Assembly (NCBI GenBank): GCA_964498175.1 | Contig: CAZCHA010000001.1 | Coordinates: 1 to 40,450 of the forward strand | Reading direction: 5' to 3' | Length of the DNA: 40,450 nt | Source of the DNA: an uncultured bacterium | Lineage (GTDB): Bacteria > Fidelibacterota > Marinisomatia > Marinisomatales > UBA1611 | Part shown: positions 1 through 7,522 of the stretch, piece by piece | Layout: every line of letters starts with the position of its first letter | Numbering within the stretch: position 1 is the first letter of the stretch | Notes under the pieces: generated by a model | What the model was told of the DNA's origin: nothing | Seen by the model: the letters and a program-made list of their open reading frames with translations, nothing else | The model's database searches: none | Made by a program: the position numbers and the translations under genes

Positions 1-1
1 T

Positions 2-532
2 CAAATATTGCAACTCTGCAACAACGCCCTTTGGATCAATGCTATCCAAATTGAACAAACATTGTTGGAGATGAAGATGAGTTGAATTTTCTTCTAATAT
101 TTCTATAAAATTTCCAATATTGAGAAATTTCCCTGATAATTGGAAATTCAGAGAATGGCGCTCTAGGTCGATTCGAATATCTTCTACATTATTATTTAGG
201 GCTGGAAAAGTATTTCTTGGATCAATCTCTAAATTGTTAATATTCAAACCCATTTCATTTGCCAGATCACTCAAACTTTCAATTTCATTTAATAAATCGG
301 GACTAGATATCCGATGTGATAATAAAAAAATTTTCTTTTCCGTAAAATGTTGTCGGATATGCAACACTTCATCCATGATACCTGTACCTGACCTAAGTTG
401 ATCATCCATATTACTGAGTTTTGAATTAATTTGTTTAAGCTCGCTTTTTATATTAAAACTGTCCCAAGCATAGACTGCAATTATCATCACAGTTAGTATT
501 AACAAGGTAACATATTTTGTCTTTTGATGCAT
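2..532 (-). CDS. PilO-like pilus/T2SS alignment-complex protein. The N-terminal 177 codons are present and the ORF runs off the window start
   Basis: Manual translation from ATG (532-530) gives MHQKTKYVTLLILTVMIIAVYAWDSFNIKSELKQINSKLSNMDDQLRSG...DLERHSLNFQLSGKFLNIGNFIEILEENSTHLHLQQCLFNLDSIDPKGVVAELQYL, with no stop down to nt 2. The layout is a short basic N-terminus, one TM helix, a coiled-coil stretch and a beta-rich core, which matches PilO/GspM. The start lies 6 nt after the stop of the upstream PilN-like module. Confidence 0.6.
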   Translation of the reverse strand, partial: MHQKTKYVTLLILTVMIIAVYAWDSFNIKSELKQINSKLSNMDDQLRSGTGIMDEVLHIRQHFTEKKIFLLSHRISSPDLLNEIESLSDLANEMGLNINNLEIDPRNTFPALNNNVEDIRIDLERHSLNFQLSGKFLNIGNFIEILEENSTHLHLQQCLFNLDSIDPKGVVAELQYL

Positions 533-538
533 GTTTAC

Positions 539-3500
539 CTATAAGACCAAATTAATTGAAAAGGATGTTTGTTCATTTTTTAATTCTTGTCCATTACTGA
601 AATCCACTATATTGAACCAACCGCTACTTTCCAATGAACTCCGGAAAGGTATCACCAAAGTAGATGCCTTTTCTAGGTTTAGGTTATAAAACCCTTTTAA
701 GGTAATGATAAGTTTGGGATCTTCTAATTTTGATAGTTTGTCCCACACTCTATCATTCACTAGGTGGTTGGATATAATTTTGTTAAGCGCTAATTCTGTA
801 ACTCGAAAATTGGCAGGAATCTTGTTACTCAAATATTTTAGCATCGCTACCATGTTAGTAGATAAAGTTTTATCTTCATTAATAAGTTTTTCAAAAGTAG
901 TTGCTGCCATGGTTTGATTCTCCACGATTCCCTTTATTTCTTGGCGCATGGTCAGCAATGAAAGTTCAGAATATTTGTTTGGAAGGCTCGCTTCCAGGGG
1001 CTCAATCTTACTGCGTTGTGCATAAGCAGCCAATGAGAACACCATTACCAGAACTAAAAGCGCATTCTGTATGATGCGGTTAGTTGCAAAGTAGCGGTAC
1101 TCTTCTTTGTGTTTGTCAGGGAGCAGATTTAGTTTTGAATAGGGATCCATCAACAAACCCAAGTTGGCTGTATAATCCAGTTCTATGGTATTCTTTTTGA
1201 TCATTTCTTCTTTTATTGCGACCTGTTGATATTGATTCTGGATTCTGTCCAAGGAACGATCTAGGTCTTTCAACATCAATTCATACTCTACTTCTCTATC
1301 TCTAAACTCTTTTAATTCTTTTTCAAGGGTCTCAATGCGATTACTATAGTTAGATGAATGTCCTTTAAGTTCTTTGAGGTTTTTTTCCAAATCTTCAACA
1401 TCATTTTTCTCTTTGGTGATTTGTAATTCTAATCTGTTACAAAGTTCTTCCATGTTTTTAATTTTTTTCTGGCTCATTTTTTCAGATTCATTTATCGCAT
1501 ACTGTATTGACAATTGCTTTTTTTGGAGTTCTGCAATATCCTGCTCGGTTTGAATAATTTCATTAAAAAGTACTTTTGAGCGAGTTTTCATATCTGCCAA
1601 ATCCACATAACTTCGCATTTTATTTTCTGGAATATTCCATAGCCATTCATCTTCTACAGTGGTAGGCTGTTGTTCGTAAATTGAATACTCCAAAACCTTT
1701 TTCATATCTTTGTTGACCTTGGATAACTCCTTATCAAGGATGGCTATTTCAACCCTTTTATCTTTCAGTTCTTTTTCCATATCCTGCAATAAGGTGTCTA
1801 GTTTATTTTTTTCCTTTGTTTTTATTTCAATCAAGGTATGTAATTCTTCAACACGTTCATTGAGCATAGTTTTGACAGGTGGATAAATATCCTTAATATG
1901 AATTAACCGAGTCAATACGTCTTGGTGAGGTTCTTTGAATGCTTCTATGCTATTATTGTTAGACTTTTTTAATTTTTCTATTTTTTCGAGATCAGCATGA
2001 AATGTTTCAAGATTATTATCTAAGGATTGTAGAGTATTTTGAAGCTCTGATTCTTGACCACGCATCGTATCCAAAGCCTCACTAAGGTCATTTAGGGTGT
2101 TTTCCAAATGGGCTACATGAGTTAGAAGATCTTGGCCCATGTTAACCATAGTTTGAAGCTGATCTTTATCATTTTTGATTTTTTTATACTTTTGGTTACT
2201 TTTGGTTATTTTAGATACATTGAACATTTCTTGGTCTGGAATCTTAATCGTTTTCTTTAGTTTTTGAATCTCAGATAAAGTATCATTATAAATTTCATCT
2301 AGCTTTCCAAGTCTACGCTCTAGCTCAAGCATATTATTTTTGTTGGTTTGGTAATCTTCCTGATGTTGAGCTAACTCCTTTTTATTTTTTTCTAAAAAGT
2401 TTACTAACTCTTTTTCTTTATTTTCAAATTGATCTTCCTCGTTTTTGATATCTGATTTAATCTTGGTTAGTTTATTTAAAACATTTTTTAGTTTTTCTTG
2501 GTGACTAGAAAGAACCTGGGGGCTTTTTTCCTTTTTTTCTTTTAATAAATCAAGTTGGTTCAGGATTGTTTTCAATTCATCATTATCAGATTTTAATTGC
2601 TGCTTTAACTCCTTCATCTCTAAATAGACATATTGCTGCTGAAGAACTTCATCAATTGCCTGAACTGCTTGATCATGTTCATTCTCTACCATATTTATTT
2701 TGTTAGAAATTTCTGCTAATATTTCTTGAAGTTTGGATGTGATATTTTTTTTTGAATTAGCCTCTTTTATAGCAATCTGATCGATCTCTCGTTGGATCCT
2801 GTTTAGCTTATATTTTGTATTTTCGTTCAATTCAAGAAATTCTACTTCTTTTTCAGAGAGTAAACTATTTTTTTGATCAAGCTTATCTTTCAAATTTTGA
2901 ATAACTTTCTCAGCTGTAGCAATTTTCTTTTCTGCGCTAACAATTTTAGCCGTAATTGTCTTTTTTCGACCTCCATAAGGTTTAAGTTTTGTAAGGATTT
3001 TTTTACTATTGGTACGATAGCGAATCATAAATGTCTGATAGCGCTTTTCAATGCGCTCGAAGGCTAGGTTTACTTTGGCTATTTCTTCACGGTCCAGAGC
3101 TATACTTTCATCTGCCAATGCTTGCGCGGCTTCTATGGGATCAACATCTTTCTTCAGCCGAACAAAACCATCCTTTAAAAATAACAGGTACGAATTTGAT
3201 TGTTTCCGTGAAATATTATTTTCTAGAACTTTACTCTGTTCTTCTGATTTAATCCTTTCCTTTTCTAAAAGACTTTCCCATTCACTTTTTTTATCTTCAA
3301 GATTATCAAGCCTTTGTTGTAAGGTGTGACCACGCTTCAGATCACGATGCCAACTTTTTATCTCTTTTTCCCATCCTTTAATCTGTGACAATTTTTTCTT
3401 TTTCTTTTCCACAAGTGACACATGTATTCTATCCCTATCAATTATTAATCTTTCCATTTCTTTTGTACTTCTAGTTAAAATATTTTCAATCGACTTTTGT

Positions 3501-6500
3501 TTATTTGCTAGGGCTGTAGCTTCCTTCTTAAAAAAAGCTTTAATCGTTACAGCTTTAATCTCTTTAGCTTCTTTTATTTTTTTCTTTTTTTCTTTTTGAA
3601 GTTTTTTCAGTCTACCGTTCAGAACCTTTTGAAATTTGTCCTTTTCTTTATCTGCTTCCAAAACCAATGGAAGATATTGCTCATTCAATTTTTCTATTTC
3701 TTTTAATCCTTCCGCCTTTTTCTTCTCCAACTGGCTATAGATATTCTTGGTATCATTAATTTCTAGAACTACATTAATATTTTTTTGAGAATGCCCTTTT
3801 ATCATCCCTTCTAGCTCTTCTTGCTGGATAATGAGTTGCTCTCTTTGATCTTTCAGCTTCTTAGATTTTTGTTTATGGGTATTGGTAAGATCGGAATTAG
3901 AATCTATATGTCCATTAATATTTTCTTCGCAAATCACGATAACATTATCTAGCCCTAGCAACTCATTTTGCAGTGCTTTTAATGCCTTTTTAATTGTTTT
4001 TTTCTGAGGTTGAAGGTCCTTTAATTCATCCTGTTTTTTATTTAAATCCTTAATCATGTCTATGGTTTCATGGTTGAAATCCACAACATCTAATATTTCC
4101 TGCAGTTTGATTTCTTTCTTTTTCAGATCCTTTAAATAAATATCTATCTTTTTCTTTAAAGATGACAGTTTTCTCTCCTTCTCTTTTCTTTCTTGGAGAC
4201 TTAAATTGACCTGACCCTGTAAATTTTCCCCTTTTTCATTCAGATCATGTTGTTCAATATTGACCTTAACTATCTCTGATGTAAGTTTGTTGATCTCTTC
4301 TAAATTATCTGGTGTCTGCAAAACTACATCTAATACCGTTAGCAGTTTCCTACGAGTATTAAATCCATTATCACCATCCAAATATTGTGATGAATGATAT
4401 TCGGCTTCTCCAGATACTATTTTTTCAAAACTTTTTCTTATCCCTTTCAATCGTTCATTATTATGGGATAATAAATATTCTGCTTGTCGAAGTATGTTTA
4501 CATCTTCTTCGCCTAGTTCAAATAAATACTTTAAATGCTCTAAGAAAGATTTTTTAAATACCTTTGCCGTATTATGCACGGTGTCTTTTAAATACTCCAG
4601 AATTGTAATTTCATCATGACCCCTTCCCAGCTTCATTGCCATTTCTTGACGGGTGTCTTCAACTTTTACAATTTTTGTTTGTAGGTCATCAATCTCCTGT
4701 TCATAAAGTTCTTTTCGTTCTGTCAAAGATACGCGTGACTTAGCAGCCTTCTTAATTTGTAATTCATATTCACCTTTTGATGCCCTTCCAGCTTCTTCTC
4801 TTTTTTTCTGAAAATGATCAGTTTCATATTCTATCTCGGATATTTTTTTAATTAAATAATCGTGCTCCTTATAGTGATCCAATAAAGTTTCACTTTTATT
4901 ATCAACTTGGGTTGTAACCGCATCAAGGTCAGCGGTCAAGGCCTCTTGACCATCCATATATTCAACTTTTAATTCTTTAAATTCCTTAGCCGTTAATATT
5001 AATTTTTCATTGGCTTCATCAATGGATTTAAGTTTTGAATTTTTATCAATTTCTAAACGTGCTAAACGATACTTTGCGCTTTCTGGACTTTTTGACATTT
5101 CAATGGATTTTTTTCGCTCCTGAATTTTATTCTGTACATTTTTCAGATTATTCTTTGATCTTTTTTTATTATATAAAATATAATTTTCCTTAGCTCTTGT
5201 TAGAAAACCCTTTTTAGAATCAAACCGTTTTTTAAAGGAAGTTGTCGTTATAGAATTCAATTTTTCTACTGGATCACCAATAGTATCTACTATTTGTTTA
5301 TCCAAATTTTTTATATGACTTCCAGGACCACCAATATATACACCCCCAAAAGTGAAATCATTATTGCCAATTGCTGGTGGTACTTTTGAAAAATTATTTA
5401 TTGAATCTTTTAGTTGAACCATCATAATGCTTGATAATTCATTTATCAGTAACCTCGCTTCATTATATGGGAATCCATCCTGCAATTCAAACTTAGTTTT
5501 TGTTTTTGATACACCATAATTCTCTAAGAAGTGTAAAACAGTGTTACGCGTTTCTTCAGTTGGTAAATTATCAGATGATAATTTGGAAAGACGGGTTATA
5601 AAATAATTTAGTCCAATATGAAAATAACGAGACTCCAAAAGTTGATTTTCCTGAATTAAAACTATGTGTGTTTTAAATTGATCTATATATATAAGGAGTG
5701 AATATCCAGCATTTTTTTCTAGATTATAGTAATTGTAAATGTTCTGAAGCAATTTTGGTATTGATGTGTTATATCGTGGCTGCAACCCGGAATCAACAAG
5801 AGTTTGATAGTCTTGATCTATATCGCCCTTTTTAGTTGAATAACAAATAATGGCTTTTTTATCATTTGCATTATTAATATCAATTTCAATCATGCTATTG
5901 TTTGGATCAATGGAATATAAGTTTGACAAGTTTTTTATAAGTACATTCTCAAAATCGCCCTTAAGTTTCTCTTCGGTTTCTAAATATGTCATTTCATATT
6001 GATAAGAATCAGAATGTATTGCTAGATAAATATTTTTCCTTTGCGATTTTTTAATATATTGTTGGTATACATTTATAATTAAATCAGGCAATGTTTTAAT
6101 GTTATGGTTTTCGATTTTAATGGGTAATATGTAATTCCTAACTCGTTCTATATAAAATCCTTTGTTATCTAGTGTGGCCTGCATAAATGTCACAGTATTT
6201 CCTGTATACACAAAGGTCATGGCTTGGTTAATGCCATTAAGATTTAATAAATAATTATTAAATATTTTAGATTTTAATTTATGTGTAAAAGGTTTTTTTA
6301 TTTTTCCCTTTTGATTGAATGGGCCATCTATGCTGTTTGTAATAATACGTCTTTCTATATTAGACCGTCTGTTTATGACACTCCTTTTATTTTCATTGCC
6401 GAATTCATTAACCTTTAAAGGATTATCCTCATTTCTACGATCATTGCTTCTTCGCCGATCAATAATAGTTCTATTAACAAAATCTGTTTTTACTGTTTTG

Positions 6501-6871
6501 ATTTTTTTTGATGTAGATAAATTCGTTTTAGATTCGGTAATCTTTTTATCAGAATCGATTTTAGATGTTTTTAATGATGGTGTTTCCCCTTTGTATTTTA
6601 TTTTAAAATGTTTTGCAGCTGGCAGAAATTTCTTCTGTTCTATTCCCTTTACTATTTCTGTTTCTGCTATAAATATAATTTTAACGGATAATAATTTTTT
6701 TAGGTGATAGTATATTTTATCTTTTGGGAAAGAAACGGCTTGGGCTATTTCAGAAGCCGTTTTTGGAGAATCATCAAAGCAATTAATTATCTGCTTTGTA
6801 AAGGGTTTTTCAAAAATTTTGATAACTTTTATATCATCAATTTCTGAAACCTGTTTTTGTATCTGGCTCAT
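539..6871 (-). CDS. Giant 2,110-aa fusion protein: ArsR-like wHTH, PilM-like actin-fold domain, ~1,340-aa coiled coil, NLLP motif/TM helix, PilN-like domain
   Basis: Uninterrupted 6.3-kb ORF with an ATG start. Domain calls are from motif reading and are listed in the sub-features below. It has no signal peptide and only a single TM helix near the C-terminus. Confidence 0.85.
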   Translation of the reverse strand: MSQIQKQVSEIDDIKVIKIFEKPFTKQIINCFDDSPKTASEIAQAVSFPKDKIYYHLKKLLSVKIIFIAETEIVKGIEQKKFLPAAKHFKIKYKGETPSLKTSKIDSDKKITESKTNLSTSKKIKTVKTDFVNRTIIDRRRSNDRRNEDNPLKVNEFGNENKRSVINRRSNIERRIITNSIDGPFNQKGKIKKPFTHKLKSKIFNNYLLNLNGINQAMTFVYTGNTVTFMQATLDNKGFYIERVRNYILPIKIENHNIKTLPDLIINVYQQYIKKSQRKNIYLAIHSDSYQYEMTYLETEEKLKGDFENVLIKNLSNLYSIDPNNSMIEIDINNANDKKAIICYSTKKGDIDQDYQTLVDSGLQPRYNTSIPKLLQNIYNYYNLEKNAGYSLLIYIDQFKTHIVLIQENQLLESRYFHIGLNYFITRLSKLSSDNLPTEETRNTVLHFLENYGVSKTKTKFELQDGFPYNEARLLINELSSIMMVQLKDSINNFSKVPPAIGNNDFTFGGVYIGGPGSHIKNLDKQIVDTIGDPVEKLNSITTTSFKKRFDSKKGFLTRAKENYILYNKKRSKNNLKNVQNKIQERKKSIEMSKSPESAKYRLARLEIDKNSKLKSIDEANEKLILTAKEFKELKVEYMDGQEALTADLDAVTTQVDNKSETLLDHYKEHDYLIKKISEIEYETDHFQKKREEAGRASKGEYELQIKKAAKSRVSLTERKELYEQEIDDLQTKIVKVEDTRQEMAMKLGRGHDEITILEYLKDTVHNTAKVFKKSFLEHLKYLFELGEEDVNILRQAEYLLSHNNERLKGIRKSFEKIVSGEAEYHSSQYLDGDNGFNTRRKLLTVLDVVLQTPDNLEEINKLTSEIVKVNIEQHDLNEKGENLQGQVNLSLQERKEKERKLSSLKKKIDIYLKDLKKKEIKLQEILDVVDFNHETIDMIKDLNKKQDELKDLQPQKKTIKKALKALQNELLGLDNVIVICEENINGHIDSNSDLTNTHKQKSKKLKDQREQLIIQQEELEGMIKGHSQKNINVVLEINDTKNIYSQLEKKKAEGLKEIEKLNEQYLPLVLEADKEKDKFQKVLNGRLKKLQKEKKKKIKEAKEIKAVTIKAFFKKEATALANKQKSIENILTRSTKEMERLIIDRDRIHVSLVEKKKKKLSQIKGWEKEIKSWHRDLKRGHTLQQRLDNLEDKKSEWESLLEKERIKSEEQSKVLENNISRKQSNSYLLFLKDGFVRLKKDVDPIEAAQALADESIALDREEIAKVNLAFERIEKRYQTFMIRYRTNSKKILTKLKPYGGRKKTITAKIVSAEKKIATAEKVIQNLKDKLDQKNSLLSEKEVEFLELNENTKYKLNRIQREIDQIAIKEANSKKNITSKLQEILAEISNKINMVENEHDQAVQAIDEVLQQQYVYLEMKELKQQLKSDNDELKTILNQLDLLKEKKEKSPQVLSSHQEKLKNVLNKLTKIKSDIKNEEDQFENKEKELVNFLEKNKKELAQHQEDYQTNKNNMLELERRLGKLDEIYNDTLSEIQKLKKTIKIPDQEMFNVSKITKSNQKYKKIKNDKDQLQTMVNMGQDLLTHVAHLENTLNDLSEALDTMRGQESELQNTLQSLDNNLETFHADLEKIEKLKKSNNNSIEAFKEPHQDVLTRLIHIKDIYPPVKTMLNERVEELHTLIEIKTKEKNKLDTLLQDMEKELKDKRVEIAILDKELSKVNKDMKKVLEYSIYEQQPTTVEDEWLWNIPENKMRSYVDLADMKTRSKVLFNEIIQTEQDIAELQKKQLSIQYAINESEKMSQKKIKNMEELCNRLELQITKEKNDVEDLEKNLKELKGHSSNYSNRIETLEKELKEFRDREVEYELMLKDLDRSLDRIQNQYQQVAIKEEMIKKNTIELDYTANLGLLMDPYSKLNLLPDKHKEEYRYFATNRIIQNALLVLVMVFSLAAYAQRSKIEPLEASLPNKYSELSLLTMRQEIKGIVENQTMAATTFEKLINEDKTLSTNMVAMLKYLSNKIPANFRVTELALNKIISNHLVNDRVWDKLSKLEDPKLIITLKGFYNLNLEKASTLVIPFRSSLESSGWFNIVDFSNGQELKNEQTSFSINLVL
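542..1135 (-). other. PilN-like module: NLLP motif (aa 1915-1918), TM helix (aa 1933-1951, nt 1019-1075), ~160-aa extracytoplasmic domain
   Basis: SKLNLLPDKHKEEYRYFATNRIIQNALLVLVMVFSLAAYAQ reproduces the PilN N-terminal signature: an INLLP peptide, basic residues and a single TM. A helical stretch and a beta-rich domain follow it. Confidence 0.6.
1172..5179 (-). other. ~1,340-aa K/E/L/I/N/Q-rich predicted coiled-coil region (aa ~565-1900)
   Basis: Long heptad-like, charge-rich sequence with very few Pro/Gly. It is interrupted by a few short breaks and by a non-heptad segment at aa ~1225-1305. No exact tandem repeats were seen. Confidence 0.7.
5252..6259 (-). other. PilM-like (FtsA/actin-fold) domain (aa ~205-540 of the giant ORF)
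   Basis: The segments LLIYIDQFKTHIVLIQENQLLESRYFHIGLNYF and FGGVYIGGPGSHIKNLDKQIVDTIGDPVEKLN align by eye with the PilM phosphate-2 and C-terminal 'I-LtGGga-l-gL-..l...lg.pv...nP' blocks. Context supports the call: a PilN-like module in the same protein and a PilO-like gene next door. Confidence 0.5.
6596..6823 (-). other. N-terminal ArsR/HTH_20-like winged-helix DNA-binding domain (aa ~17-92 of the giant ORF)
   Basis: FTKQIINCFDDSPKTASEIAQAVSFPKDKIYYHLKKLLSVKIIFIAETEIVKGIEQKKFLPA follows the ArsR pattern: ligand-name helix, recognition helix ending in HLKKL, then a beta-wing (V-KG-x-x-K-F). Confidence 0.6.
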
Positions 6872-7004
6872 CCGATTGAATTTCTCATTATTTTATTGAA
6901 GTAGAGCCAGTACCTGAACTGATACTGCACACAATGGTATAGCTACCATTTTATGATTAGACTCCACATCTTAATTACCTCGGGTAAAGTAATAAATTAA
7001 ATTT

Positions 7005-7033
7005 ATCCTTGTAAAGATATGAATTACAAGGAT
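7005..7033. repeat. 10-bp inverted repeat (ATCCTTGTAA / TTACAAGGAT, 9-nt loop) in the AT-rich spacer upstream of the giant gene
   Basis: Read directly: 7005-7014 pairs with 7024-7033. It is the only GC-containing stem in an otherwise ~18% GC spacer. It could be an operator, or a distal terminator for the ABC-F gene ~490 nt upstream. Confidence 0.3.
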
Positions 7034-7522
7034 TTATTCTAGTTACAATATTGTATATATTTGAATATATAATTTATTATAATTACGTTACTATTATAAT
7101 TTTATGTAATACTAGATCTTGCATTTAAATGTTATATTTATTTATTACACACCTAATATAAATATGTACCTAATAATTAAATATTTGACTTTATAACTCA
7201 CTGAGAATTATAATTCGAAAATAACTGTTCCTTTATATATGCTGATTATAATAGTTCTATAACCAATGACGATGATTATTTTATTATTAGATACTCATAT
7301 ATTCTAAAATTGTATTTAGAAAATATATTCCTATGTGTCACAATAAGCACTGTGGTATATACTACTCTGTAAATATTTTTAGAGAAAGAATTATAATTTA
7401 CAATCCAACAACTAGAAATTATTTAACACTGTATAATAATATATTTATGTTTGTAATAAATGGTAAGTATATAAATGTTATTTCCAATCAATAACTACTA
7501 ATCTATATTGATAAGAAACCTA

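Noticed and set aside
120-401. 93-aa plus-strand ORF (TTG start) at the left edge
   Set aside because: It lies entirely antisense to the better-supported PilO-like minus-strand ORF. It has an odd composition and no recognisable motif.
705-917. 70-aa plus-strand ORF inside the giant gene
   Set aside because: Antisense shadow ORF within the PilN-like coding region. It shows no motifs and no independent start signals.
2873-3329. Three overlapping plus-strand ORFs (64-92 aa) inside the giant gene
   Set aside because: They are antisense to the locally GC-richer hinge segment of the giant ORF. They overlap one another in different frames and give low-complexity Ser/Leu/Phe-rich translations, so they are shadow ORFs.
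6315-6707. 130-aa plus-strand ORF opposite the N-terminal part of the giant gene
   Set aside because: The antisense of a K/N/R-rich coding region naturally stays open (Phe/Leu/Ile codons). It has no motifs, and the minus-strand frame carries a coherent wHTH domain.
539-6871. Giant ORF as a secreted adhesin/S-layer protein, or as an SMC/MukB/myosin-like ATPase
   Set aside because: It has no N-terminal signal peptide, no tandem Ig/cadherin-type repeats, and no Walker A/B or ABC signature. The only TM helix is near the C-terminus, so the bulk of the protein is cytoplasmic.
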